64,000 nt of DNA from an uncultured Acidobacteriota bacterium. GTDB taxonomy: Bacteria > Actinomycetota > Acidimicrobiia > Spongiisociales > ZC4RG35. The notes below the pieces were generated by a model. It was given only the letters and a program-made list of their open reading frames with translations, did no database searches and had not been told where the DNA came from. Each line of letters opens with the position of its first letter. The stretch's first letter is position 1. Where the stretch lies: positions 70,308 to 134,307 of the forward strand of contig CAWGJI010000021.1 of the NCBI GenBank assembly GCA_963822895.1, read 5' to 3'. Below are positions 19,245 to 28,129 of the stretch, piece after piece. A program made the position numbers and the translations under genes.

Positions 19245-19350
19245 CGGTTGGGTCCTGCGCGGCGGAGCACCATGAATCGGGTCAGATCCGGAAGGAAGCA
19301 GCCCTAAGTGGATCGCACCGGGTGACGTAGGGAAGCTTGACCCGAGTTGG
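19245..19350 (+). ncRNA. ffs: signal recognition particle RNA (small SRP / 4.5S-like), boundaries approximate
   Basis: Contains GGGUCAGAUCCGGAAGGAAGCAGCCCUAAG. This is the near-universal SRP RNA domain IV motif (compare E. coli GGUCAGGUCCGGAAGGAAGCAGCC). Flanking GGGUC...GACCC can close the helix. No protein-coding signal. Confidence 0.5.
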
Positions 19351-19408
19351 CGGCCGGCATCGACGACGAGCACATCGCCTCGAAGGCGGGGGCACGATCA
19401 GCTTTGAT

Positions 19409-19750
19409 TGCTGATTGATTGCCGGCCGACTTTGGCTGTATCCATTGCTGGCGGACTTTGACCGGTTTGGCTCCTGGATCCTGCAGTGGTCGCGACCCGG
19501 GGACTTCCCTCAATCTTCCCGAACCACCACTCGACCTCGGTCAAACAGACGCCGGTCCGCGGCTTGATTGCCGGCCGACTTTGGCTGTATCCATGCTCGG
19601 ATGCCGTTTGGCTCCGGGTTTGCACTTCGCCCCGATTCCCTCCCACTCGACCTCGGTCAAACAGACGCCGGTCCGCCAGGGCTGCCGCGCGGCGAGGTTC
19701 GTCCGCGTGGTCAGGTTCGTGCGCCGCCGCGTGGTCAGGTTCGTGCGCCG
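19409..19750. repeat. non-coding direct repeats: ~117-150-bp unit x2 (shared 31-bp and 33-bp blocks) plus 24-bp tandem (CGCGTGGTCAGGTTCGTGCGCCGC) x2
   Basis: ttgattgccggccgactttggctgtatccat occurs at 19409 and 19565. cactcgacctcggtcaaacagacgccggtccgc occurs at 19527 and 19644. A 24-mer is duplicated at 19703-19750. ORFs here translate the repeats (HAAAHEPDHAAAHEPDHA) and are not credible. Confidence 0.6.
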
Positions 19751-19793
19751 CCGCGTGGTGGGATCCCGCAAGGTTGACGGGTGCCAATATTTA

Positions 19794-20477
19794 TCAGCGG
19801 GCTACTGCGGAGGATGCGGTCTTCGGTGGATCCGCTGCGGATTCCTCGGCGGGTCTTCTCAGTCTGACCCCGTACACGAAGCCGAATAGACCCATACGCC
19901 ACACCTCTTCCAGGACGAGGGTCCGGTCGCGATACATGATCTCGGGTGGTGGTAGGGAATCCAGAGACCGATGCAGATACCAGTACTCCCGGGGAGCGCC
20001 GGCGAACACGAGCCCAACCAAGGGAAGCACGACTGCAGTGGAGATCCGATGCAGCGCACGCAGGATCGGGTTACGGGGTCGGGACAGATCGATGATCGTT
20101 GTCACCGAGCCCGGCTTGAGGACACGTCGGATCTCCTCCAGGGCCTGATCGATCGAGGTCAGATTGCGGAAAACGAAGGCGCTGAACACCCCGTCGAAAG
20201 AGTCATCGTCGAACGGCAGGTGCTCACCGACGCCCACGACGCGCTTGTCGACATCACTGAGGGCGAGCATCTCGGGCACCGGGTCGAGATCCACGGTGTC
20301 CCTCCCCTTGAAGTCGGTGACGCCGGTCCCGGACCCGAGGTCGAGGACCAGCCCGGGGCGCAGCATGTCCACACCGCTGGAACGCCAGCGACGCTCCTGA
20401 CCGAACGAGAGGATGGAGTTGATGCGGTCGTAGCGGGCTGCGATCCGGGCGAATATCGGATCGGTTGCCTCACTCAC
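19794..20477 (-). CDS. UbiE/MenG-type demethylmenaquinone/ubiquinone methyltransferase family protein
   Basis: IFARIAARYDRINSILSFGQERRWR is the UbiE N-terminal signature. LDLGSGTG motif I. 4-bp overlap with serS upstream. Confidence 0.7.
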   Translation of the reverse strand: MSEATDPIFARIAARYDRINSILSFGQERRWRSSGVDMLRPGLVLDLGSGTGVTDFKGRDTVDLDPVPEMLALSDVDKRVVGVGEHLPFDDDSFDGVFSAFVFRNLTSIDQALEEIRRVLKPGSVTTIIDLSRPRNPILRALHRISTAVVLPLVGLVFAGAPREYWYLHRSLDSLPPPEIMYRDRTLVLEEVWRMGLFGFVYGVRLRRPAEESAADPPKTASSAVAR

Positions 20478-21721
20478 GGGCCGATGACTTCGAAGCCGGT
20501 GTACCTACGGAGGGCCTCGGGAATGACGACTGACCCGTCGTCTTGCTGATGGTTCTCGAGGAGTGTGAGAATCGTTCTGCCCACCGCACAGGCGGTGCCG
20601 TTGAGGGTGTGGACGATCTGGTTTCCGGATTCGGTGCGCTGACGGACCTTGAGCCGTCTCGCCTGGTAGTCGGTGGTGTTGGAGCACGAGGTGATCTCCC
20701 TATAACGCTGCTGACCGGGAAACCATGCCTCTATGTCGTACTTCTTGGCCGCTGAGGCACCGAGATCCCCGGCGGCGACGTTCACCACTCGATAAGGGAT
20801 CTCCAGCTGCCTCACCAGCGACTCCTCCACCTCGAGAAGACGACCGTGCTCGGCGGCCGAGTCCTCGGGGTCGATGAACACGAACATCTCGACCTTGTCG
20901 AATTGATGAACCCGGAAGATACTGGCGGTGTCCTTGCCATAGGTTCCTGATTCGCGCCGGAAACAGGTGGAAAACCCGGCGTAGCGAAGGGGAAGATCGG
21001 TGGACTCGAAGATCTCGTCTCCGTGGTAGGCGGCCAGCGGGACCTCGGCGGTACCCACCAGGAACAACTCGTCTTTGGGGACCTCGTAGACCTGCTCCCT
21101 CGCCTCCGGAAAGAAGCCGGTGCCGATCAGGGCCTCCTCGCGGACCAGGACCGGGGGGATCATCGGGGTGAAACCCGCCTCGACCAGATGATCCATGGCC
21201 CAGCGGACCAGGGAGAATTCGAGCATCGCCCCCTTGCCCTTCAGATAGCCGAAACGGCTTCCTGAGACCTTGGCCCCGCGAACGGTATCGATGATGTCGA
21301 GCTCCTCGCCCAACACCGCATAGTCGGTGCCCTCCGAAGCCCCCTCCCCGACTCTCTTGATCTCGAGACTGTCCTCTTCGGTGAAGCCATCGGCGGCATC
21401 TTCAGCAACCAGATTGGGCACTTCGAGCAGCTCGGTCTGGAACTCCTCTTCCAGACGATCCGCCTCGGCGGTGGTGGCCTTGACCTTCTCGGCCAGGTCG
21501 GCCACGGAGTCGATTGCCCGCTGCTTCTCCTCGCCTTCGAGAGTGGCGATTGTCCGCCCGGCTTCCTTCTGGGCGGCTCGCAACTCCTCGGCACTCTGGC
21601 GAGTCGCCCGCACGGCGGCCTCTTTCTCGATCAGCGCGTCGAGGTCGATCTCCGATCCGCGACGACGCAGCGCGAGGCGAACCGACTCAGGGTCGTCGCG
21701 AAGGAGTCGTGGGTCGATCAT
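20474..21721 (-). CDS. serS: serine--tRNA ligase
   Basis: 415 aa. N-terminal coiled-coil MIDPRLLRDDPESVRLALRRRG. Class II core with C-terminal GTACAVGRTILTLLENHQQDDGSVVIPEALRRYTG. Confidence 0.9.
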   Translation of the reverse strand: MIDPRLLRDDPESVRLALRRRGSEIDLDALIEKEAAVRATRQSAEELRAAQKEAGRTIATLEGEEKQRAIDSVADLAEKVKATTAEADRLEEEFQTELLEVPNLVAEDAADGFTEEDSLEIKRVGEGASEGTDYAVLGEELDIIDTVRGAKVSGSRFGYLKGKGAMLEFSLVRWAMDHLVEAGFTPMIPPVLVREEALIGTGFFPEAREQVYEVPKDELFLVGTAEVPLAAYHGDEIFESTDLPLRYAGFSTCFRRESGTYGKDTASIFRVHQFDKVEMFVFIDPEDSAAEHGRLLEVEESLVRQLEIPYRVVNVAAGDLGASAAKKYDIEAWFPGQQRYREITSCSNTTDYQARRLKVRQRTESGNQIVHTLNGTACAVGRTILTLLENHQQDDGSVVIPEALRRYTGFEVIGP

Positions 21722-21747
21722 GGAAGGGCGATGGTACCGGCAGACTC

Positions 21748-22800
21748 TCAGCCAGCCTGCGCCTCATTGACCATGAAGATGACACCGAGCATGTTGTCCT
21801 CGAGGTCGACGTCGAGCTGGGTCACCTCCAGCTCGGCCTGGACCTCATAAGGGCCCCCAGGAGCCATGGGGATGTCGGCGAAGTCGATAGCCGTCTGCTG
21901 CCCGGGATCGAGGGCAGGGACCTGTTGCGTGATCACAACCGGATCACCGGCGCCCGACAGGGTGAGACGGAGCGGGGTGATGTCACTGGCGACGTTCCCC
22001 TTGTTGGTGACCACGACGGAGAAGGTGACCAGGTCCGTGGCGGGCATGACCGTCTGGTCGTCGGGATTCACGTTCCAGAGAGGATCGGAGGTGATTTCAC
22101 TCAAGCCGAGGCCGGGGCGCAGCGCGATCTTCGCATTCACCGAGCGGGCTGCGATGACATAGGCGTCGGCAAGGCTGGCCAGCTCCCCGTCGGCGGGCAT
22201 CAAGACCACAGCCCGCATGGAGCCCACCGGATCGGGGATTTCGTCCATCCCCAGTTCCCGGACGAGGTCCTCGTAGAGCCTGTCCCCATCCCGGATCTCG
22301 GCCAGTGCGTTCGCCACATTGTCGACAACGACGGTGTTCCGGGGATCGTCTGCCGCCGTGAGTATCCCCGACTCGAACCCGCTCATCCCCACGGTCCAGG
22401 CGAGGATCGCCTGCCGGTAGAGGGAGTTGATACCGATCAGGGAGTCCGATGGTGGGCCGGCATCCACCAGGTCCTGTGAGTCCTGGAGATCGGTGCGAAT
22501 GGCATCGATGGCTGTGACCAGCTCGCTGCGCTCGATCCGGGACAGACGTGAGATCACCACCCTCAGCGTGTCACCGTCCTTGGAAAGCTCCGCCGTCTGA
22601 TCTCGCAGCGTGTCGAGATAGCCCAGCTCGGCGCGCGTGTCACGGCCCGCGGCCGAAACGGCCACGGCGATGATTGCGACGATGGTGATCAGGGCCGGCC
22701 AGAAGAGACGTCTCCACGCCCGTCTACGCGCCCTGGGGGGATCGAGGATCACAGTGAGAGGCGAGGGTAGATGGGTATCGATTCCCATCGGTAACGACAA
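21748..22800 (-). CDS. membrane-anchored hypothetical protein with C-terminal CARDB/Ig-like beta domain
   Basis: One N-terminal TM helix (LFWPALITIVAIIAVAVSAAG). C-terminal VTFSVVVTNKGNVASDITPLRLTLSGAG resembles a CARDB domain. 350 aa. Confidence 0.5.
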   Translation of the reverse strand: MSLPMGIDTHLPSPLTVILDPPRARRRAWRRLFWPALITIVAIIAVAVSAAGRDTRAELGYLDTLRDQTAELSKDGDTLRVVISRLSRIERSELVTAIDAIRTDLQDSQDLVDAGPPSDSLIGINSLYRQAILAWTVGMSGFESGILTAADDPRNTVVVDNVANALAEIRDGDRLYEDLVRELGMDEIPDPVGSMRAVVLMPADGELASLADAYVIAARSVNAKIALRPGLGLSEITSDPLWNVNPDDQTVMPATDLVTFSVVVTNKGNVASDITPLRLTLSGAGDPVVITQQVPALDPGQQTAIDFADIPMAPGGPYEVQAELEVTQLDVDLEDNMLGVIFMVNEAQAG

Positions 22801-22838
22801 TTGCGGATTCCGTGACGCTTCTGTAACGCCGATCGGCC

Positions 22839-23983
22839 ATGATCTGCATCGTGAGCACCGCCATTCGGCGACCCGGCATCTTGCTTGGACATGCCATTTC
22901 AGGCGTGCTGCTCGCCGTGGCGGGGACGGTCGGCCTGACTGTCCTGGTCTTACACCCTCGCTTCACCGATCACAGCGGGGACACGGCACAGTTGGTTTCC
23001 ACGTTGGCGTTCACCTGGATCGGCGGTCTCATCCTCTCCAAGGGAGGTGTGCCGGCTGTCGGATGGTTGCTGTGCATTATCGGTCTCTTCAACATCGGTC
23101 TCGCCCTCGATGAGCCGATGCGCTGGGGAGTCCTCGATCGCGGTGGGTTCGTCTATTTCTCGATAATCCTCCTCACCGGCCTGCTGTTTCTCGTCTTCCC
23201 ACCGGGCGGCCGCCGAGCCGAAGGTGGTGGTGGGTGCTGTGGCTGGCGGCGGCGGTGGAAAGCTTCAACCTGGTGACTGCCATTTTCGATCCGGGCGATC
23301 CGGTGCCGTGTTCGGTCCATGGCTCGTTTGCCTGTCTCGCCGTGGAGGGCCTGGTGTTCGGTAGCGTCGTGGGAATCTTGTTGGCCTCCGTGGGTGCGCT
23401 GGTGGTGAGATATCGCCGTTCCTCGGGTGTGGAAAAACTCCAGGTGAAATGGTTCGTCGCTGCCGTCGTCTCGATGGTCATCGTCGTCGCCATCGGTGAG
23501 GTGCTCGGTGGCGCTGACCCCTCGAGGGAGCTGTTGTGGAACCTCCTCCTGGCATTGGCGCTCCTGGCATTGCCGGTCTCGATCGGGTTGTCCATCATGA
23601 GATTTCGACTGTTCGACATAGACCGGATCGTCTCTCGCACGGTGACCTATGCGCTCACGATCGTCCTCTTGGGAGGCGTCTACGCCATAATCGCCTACCT
23701 GCCCGGCCTCCTCGTGATCGGTGTTGGTGGTTCCAGCCCACCACTTCTGGTAGCGGGCTCGACATTGGCGGCGGCGGCCGCCTTCAACCCGCTACGACGA
23801 CGAATACGCCGGTTGGTCGATCGACGTTTCAATCGCTCTCATTACGACGCCGAGAGCGTCATCGAGGAATTCACCGGGAGCCTCCAGCATCAGGTCGACC
23901 TCGACGCGGTGCTCGCCGGCTGGATCGGGGTGGTGACCGTCACCATGGAGCCCACGACCGTCGGTGTCTGGATGAAGGGATGA
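22839..23983 (+). pseudogene. paralogue of membrane protein 15011-16204, split by a frameshift at a (GGT)3 run (~23215-23240)
   Basis: ORF 22839-23276 (TM N-terminus) plus ORF 23234-23983 in another frame. The latter carries VVRYRRSSGVEKLQVKWF...RFRLFDIDRIVSRT...RRRIRRLVDRRFNRSHYDAE...VTMEPTTVGVWMK, collinear with the 15011 protein. The frame changes right after FPPGGR. Confidence 0.55.
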
Positions 23984-23984
23984 T

Positions 23985-24027
23985 CTGTGAACGGTTTCAG
24001 ACCAAATCCGCACAATTCGGTTCACAG
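23985..24027. repeat. palindromic repeat element copy A (CTGTGAACGGTTTC-N-TCCGCACAATTCGGTTCACAG)
   Basis: Starts 2 bp after the stop of the 23234 ORF, between convergent genes. Terminal inverted repeats are TGTGAACGG / CGGTTCACA. Confidence 0.6.
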
Positions 24028-24054
24028 AGATGCTCGGGTTGGCCGGACGACCCC

Positions 24055-24696
24055 TCAAGACCCGTCGGTCAGTCGTCTTTCATCCTCCCGCGTTAGACCG
24101 AGAGTGGTGAGCAGGTCCTCGTGGAGTTGAAACCAGATGTTGTGATATGACTCGAGATCGTCCGCCAGCTGGGCGTGCTTGCCCGCCATGACCGCGTCGA
24201 GGGCGGCTGAAAGGCGTCGGGCGTACACGCCAAACCGTGGCGAATGCGTTGCCAGGTCGGCGCAGATCTCCTGAGCGGTGTCATCGATTCGCATGAGCCT
24301 GGACAGCACACCGGCGTCATAGTCGGCGTCGGTGTGATCGTTGAGGATGGCCGTATCCCCCAGCTTTCGCATCTGCCAGGCGGTACAGATTTGGAGCAAG
24401 ACGGGATTGAGCCTGAGGAAGGACTCGTAATCCAGGCGAACTCGATCATGGGCACCCGTGGCCCGGAGCTCTTCTTCGAGGGAGGCCATGTCGATACGGC
24501 GTCCGGAGTCGGTGACACCCCACCCGCCAAAGGGACCAGAGGTCGATTCCACGAGACCCTTCTTCAGCAGCATCCGCAGGTGAGCGGTGGTCTCTTGCAC
24601 GGGCATACCGGCAGCAGTGGCTACCCGTTCCTCCGAGGCGAATCCAATACAACGCAGGGCATGAAGGATGGCGAACTCGGCCTGATCATCCCCCAT
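24055..24696 (-). CDS. hypothetical protein, possible N-terminal winged-helix DNA-binding domain
   Basis: Start at M19 of the ORF-track protein (ATG 24696..24694), preceded by GGAGGGAGG. Sequence MGDDQAEFAILHALRCIGFASEERVATAAGM...LRMLLKKGLVE. Its 5' region contains repeat copies B and C. Confidence 0.5.
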   Translation of the reverse strand: MGDDQAEFAILHALRCIGFASEERVATAAGMPVQETTAHLRMLLKKGLVESTSGPFGGWGVTDSGRRIDMASLEEELRATGAHDRVRLDYESFLRLNPVLLQICTAWQMRKLGDTAILNDHTDADYDAGVLSRLMRIDDTAQEICADLATHSPRFGVYARRLSAALDAVMAGKHAQLADDLESYHNIWFQLHEDLLTTLGLTREDERRLTDGS

Positions 24697-24751
24697 ATCC
24701 CTGCCTCCCTCCGACGGCTGGCTGAGCGCCCGCCGAGCCTGACACGGCATT

Positions 24752-24794
24752 CTGTGAACGGTTTCTTACCGAATCCGCCCAATTCCGTTCACAG
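24752..24794. repeat. palindromic repeat element copy B
   Basis: CTGTGAACGGTTTCTTACCGAATCCGCCCAATTCCGTTCACAG. It lies 83 bp from copy C, with a GGTCTCatccGAGACC hairpin between them. Confidence 0.6.
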
Positions 24795-24834
24795 ACGGTC
24801 TCATCCGAGACCACGTCCGACGTCCAAGACCCGT

Positions 24835-24877
24835 CTGTGAACGCTTTCCCACCGAAACCGCACAATTCGGTTCACAG
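24835..24877. repeat. palindromic repeat element copy C
   Basis: CTGTGAACGCTTTCCCACCGAAACCGCACAATTCGGTTCACAG, 6 bp from the 3' end of tRNA-Leu. Confidence 0.6.
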
Positions 24878-24882
24878 CAAGA

Positions 24883-24969
<87 letters not shown>

Positions 24970-25049
24970 TGGGTCGCAAAATCGTACCGTCGGCCCCCGG
25001 CTTCCGGTAGTCGGCCCCTCAATCCCCACGCCACCGTAACCTTTCGCCG

Positions 25050-25700
25050 GTGAGCATCGCCCGCAGTCTGGAGCGTCGTCTCGAGCGCCTCTTCGAAGGG
25101 GCGACCGGTCGTGTGTTCTCCGGTCGGCTCCACCCGGCCGAGATGGCCGGTCGCATCGCCCGGGAGGCCGACCTGAGTCGATATGAGCACGAAACCGGCC
25201 CCGCCACCGCCAATCGCTATGTGCTCACGGTCAGCCCGGCGGACCTCGATGTCGACCCGGGAGAATTGCAGGAAGAGCTGGAGGCGGCTCTCGCCGAGCA
25301 TGCCGAGACGGCCGGGCTCTTATTCGAGGGCCCACCGACGGTCGTGATCCGCACCTCAGAGACCATCCTCCCCGGTCAGTTCGAGTTGGAGCCGTCCGTC
25401 TCTCCCGGCCGGCTGCCGCCCTGGTCGAGGCTGAGCGGAACGGCGGGCACATTCGAGATCGGGGCCAATCGCGCCACAGTGGGACGTGCGGACGACGCCA
25501 TCGTGTGCATCCCCCACGATTCGATCTCACGTCGTCACGCCCTGATCTGGCGCACCGAGGGCCGGAGTTGGATCCGCGACCTGGGGTCGGCCAACGGCAC
25601 CACGGTGGACGGTGTCGGTATAGGGTCCGAGCCGGTGCATTTGCAGCATGGCGCAGTGGTGGGGCTGGCGGATCTCCGATTTCGGTTCCTGGAGGGATAG
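25050..25700 (+). CDS. fhaA: FhaA-like protein (DUF3662 N-domain + C-terminal FHA domain)
   Basis: C-terminal FHA fold (GRADDAIVCIPHDSISRRHALIWRTEGRSWIRDLGSANGTTVDG). Position is upstream of fhaB-pstP-rodA-pbpA-pknB, as in Mycobacterium/Corynebacterium. Confidence 0.75.
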   Translation: MSIARSLERRLERLFEGATGRVFSGRLHPAEMAGRIAREADLSRYEHETGPATANRYVLTVSPADLDVDPGELQEELEAALAEHAETAGLLFEGPPTVVIRTSETILPGQFELEPSVSPGRLPPWSRLSGTAGTFEIGANRATVGRADDAIVCIPHDSISRRHALIWRTEGRSWIRDLGSANGTTVDGVGIGSEPVHLQHGAVVGLADLRFRFLEG

Positions 25701-25702
25701 GC

Positions 25703-26113
25703 GTGCCCGACATCATCCTGGCGCTTCTCCGCATCATCTTCCTCGGCCTGGTGTATCTCTTCGTCTGGCAGGTGGCCCGGGCGATCGGCTCCCATCTCGG
25801 CATCTCGCTGCGTCGCAAGCGCAAGGAAGGGACCAAAGTCGTGATGATCAAATCGGAGAGCCAGCAGGGCACGACTCTCGACGTCGAGGATGTGATCGTG
25901 CTCGGGCGCTCCGCCGAGGCCGACGTGCTCTTGGATGACCCCTACGCTTCTGAATTCCACATGAGGCTGGTCGCCCAGGAAGATGGAATCGTGCTTCACG
26001 ATCTGGGCAGCACCAACGGGACGTATGTGAACGGGCGACGGGTCACGGCGCCAACCAGGCTTAGACGAGGAGACACGATCCAGGTGGGCAAGAGTGTGAT
26101 GGAGGTCAGGTGA
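25703..26113 (+). CDS. fhaB: FHA domain protein FhaB/FipA-like (TM + FHA)
   Basis: GTG start at 25703 after GGAGGGATAG. One TM helix (ILALLRIIFLGLVYLFVW). FHA domain: VVLGRSAEADVLLDDPYASEFHMRLV...LHDLGSTNGTYVNG. Confidence 0.75.
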   Translation: MPDIILALLRIIFLGLVYLFVWQVARAIGSHLGISLRRKRKEGTKVVMIKSESQQGTTLDVEDVIVLGRSAEADVLLDDPYASEFHMRLVAQEDGIVLHDLGSTNGTYVNGRRVTAPTRLRRGDTIQVGKSVMEVR

Positions 26114-26817
26114 GATACGTCTGGGCTTCCGCCACCCATCAGGGGATGGTGCGCCAGAACAACGAGGACTCCCTGTTCCCCGACGACTCGGGCGAGTCGG
26201 CCGGCCCCGTCACGCTGATGGTGGCCGACGGCATGGGTGGTCACGTCGCCGGTGAGGTGGCCTCCCGCCTCGCCGTCAATGCCGCAGCGTCCTCCTCACT
26301 GGAGCCCGGCGACCGGGTAGCCGCCGCCAATCGCGCGATCCGCGAGGAAGTCGCCCGGCGCCCCGATCTGGAGGGAATGGGCACCACCATGACCCTGGTC
26401 GAGCTGACACCGGACGGGGTAGGCCGGTTCGCACATGTCGGTGACAGCCGCGCCTACCTATACAACGACGGGCAGCTCCTCCAGCTCACCTCGGATCACA
26501 CCATGGCTGCCCAGCTGGTCTCACTCGGGCAGATCAGCGCCGAGGAGGCCGAAGACCATCCGCAGAGCCACATCATCACCCGATGTCTCGGTCTGACCCG
26601 GTTCATCAACGTCGACGAATTCGAGGTCGACCTGGAGCCAGGAGACCGGATCCTGCTCTGCTCCGACGGGCTCAACTCGATGGTGCCGGCCGAGGCCATC
26701 AAGAAGGGCCTCTCCGAGGGGACGGTCGAGGAGACGGCATGGAACCTCATCGAAATGGCGAACAAGGCCGGCGGTCACGACAACATCACTGTCATCGTGG
26801 CCGAAGTCCTCTCCTGA
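26110..26817 (+). CDS. pstP: PP2C-family Ser/Thr protein phosphatase (PstP-like, no TM tail)
   Basis: MVADGMGGHVAGEVAS and DGLNSMV are PP2C motifs. 235 aa. Confidence 0.85.
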   Translation: MRYVWASATHQGMVRQNNEDSLFPDDSGESAGPVTLMVADGMGGHVAGEVASRLAVNAAASSSLEPGDRVAAANRAIREEVARRPDLEGMGTTMTLVELTPDGVGRFAHVGDSRAYLYNDGQLLQLTSDHTMAAQLVSLGQISAEEAEDHPQSHIITRCLGLTRFINVDEFEVDLEPGDRILLCSDGLNSMVPAEAIKKGLSEGTVEETAWNLIEMANKAGGHDNITVIVAEVLS

Positions 26818-26821
26818 GCCC

Positions 26822-28129
26822 ATGACACGCAACGTCGAGGGCCTCACCATCGCCGCCGCCTCGGTCTTGGCCGCCTTCGCCCTCTCCCTCGTCAATTTCG
26901 CCCAGGACCGCAACATCGATGCCCAGATCGCCCTCACGTTCCTGGTCTTCCTCATCGCCTTCGGTGGGCTTCATCTGGCGGTACGTGCCTTCGCCCCCCG
27001 CGCCACACCGCTGCTGATCGCCCCCATCGCCGCCCTCACCGCGCTCGGGTTCTTCGAGATATACCGACTCGACCTCGCTCTCGGGACCGATCGGGCCGCC
27101 CTGCAACGCTGGTGGATCCTGATTGGCGCCGGCATCGCAGCATTGGTTCTCGCCCTGGTCAACCGGACCTCGATCGCCGTCCTCCGCACCTATCGCAACA
27201 TCACCCTGCTCATCTCCACCCTGCTCCTTCTGATGCCGAACCTGCCCTCGGATTGGGGTTTTCCCCTCCGTGGCCTCGAGATCAACGGGTCGCGGCTTTG
27301 GGTGGTGCTGGATGTCGGCTTCACCAGTCTCCAATTCCAACCCGCCGAGTTGGCCAAGCTGGGCCTGGTCGCCTATGTCGCCTCGTATCTGGCAGATCAC
27401 CAGCGGGCCCTGCGTGAGGCGAGGAGGGCGGTCGGGCCGATTCACCTGCCGGAGCCCCGCCAGCTGATCCCGCTATTGCTCACCTGGGGCGTCAGCGTCC
27501 TCATCCTCATCTCTCAGCGCGACCTAGGCGCATCGATCCTGCTCTTCGCCGGTTTCGTCCTTCTCATCTATGCCGCCACCGGCACAGCCGGTTATCTGGT
27601 GGCGGGAGGCATCCTGGGGATCATCGGAGGGGTGGCTTCCTATCTCGCCTTCGATCACGTGCAGCGACGGGTGATCGCCTGGCTGGCCCCCTTCGATCAC
27701 TACCAGGACCAGGGTTATCAAATCGCCCAGGGCCTGTTCGCCATGGGCACCGGGAGTCTCTCGGGCTCCGGGCCGGGTCTGGGCAGACCAGACCTCATCC
27801 CGAACGCCGCGACCGACTTCATCTTCGCCGCCGTCGGTGAGGAGCTCGGCTTCGCCGGCACGGTTTCCGTACTAGCCCTCTTCGCCCTGGTCATCACGGT
27901 CGGGCTCGGCATCGCATTCCGGAGCAGGGACACCTTCAGGAAACTGCTCGCCGCCGGGCTCACCCTGGTGTTCGCCGTCCAGGTCTTCCTGATCATCGGC
28001 GGGATCGTCCGTATCGTCCCATTGACCGGGATAACCCTCCCGTTCATGTCCTACGGGGGCTCGGCAATCGTCGGCAATCTGGTCCTGGTCGCACTCCTGC
28101 TCCGCATAAGCCATGAGGAAGCACAGTGA
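26822..28129 (+). CDS. rodA: FtsW/RodA/SpoVE family peptidoglycan glycosyltransferase
   Basis: 435 aa polytopic protein with SEDS motifs (NGSRLWVV, DFIFAAVGEELGF, SYGGSA). Confidence 0.85.
   Translation: MTRNVEGLTIAAASVLAAFALSLVNFAQDRNIDAQIALTFLVFLIAFGGLHLAVRAFAPRATPLLIAPIAALTALGFFEIYRLDLALGTDRAALQRWWILIGAGIAALVLALVNRTSIAVLRTYRNITLLISTLLLLMPNLPSDWGFPLRGLEINGSRLWVVLDVGFTSLQFQPAELAKLGLVAYVASYLADHQRALREARRAVGPIHLPEPRQLIPLLLTWGVSVLILISQRDLGASILLFAGFVLLIYAATGTAGYLVAGGILGIIGGVASYLAFDHVQRRVIAWLAPFDHYQDQGYQIAQGLFAMGTGSLSGSGPGLGRPDLIPNAATDFIFAAVGEELGFAGTVSVLALFALVITVGLGIAFRSRDTFRKLLAAGLTLVFAVQVFLIIGGIVRIVPLTGITLPFMSYGGSAIVGNLVLVALLLRISHEEAQ

Noticed and set aside
19409-19750. Possible CRISPR array
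   Set aside because: The repeat units are 117-150 bp with conserved ends and no regularly spaced unique spacers. No cas genes are nearby. A CRISPR array has short (28-37 bp) identical repeats separated by unique spacers.
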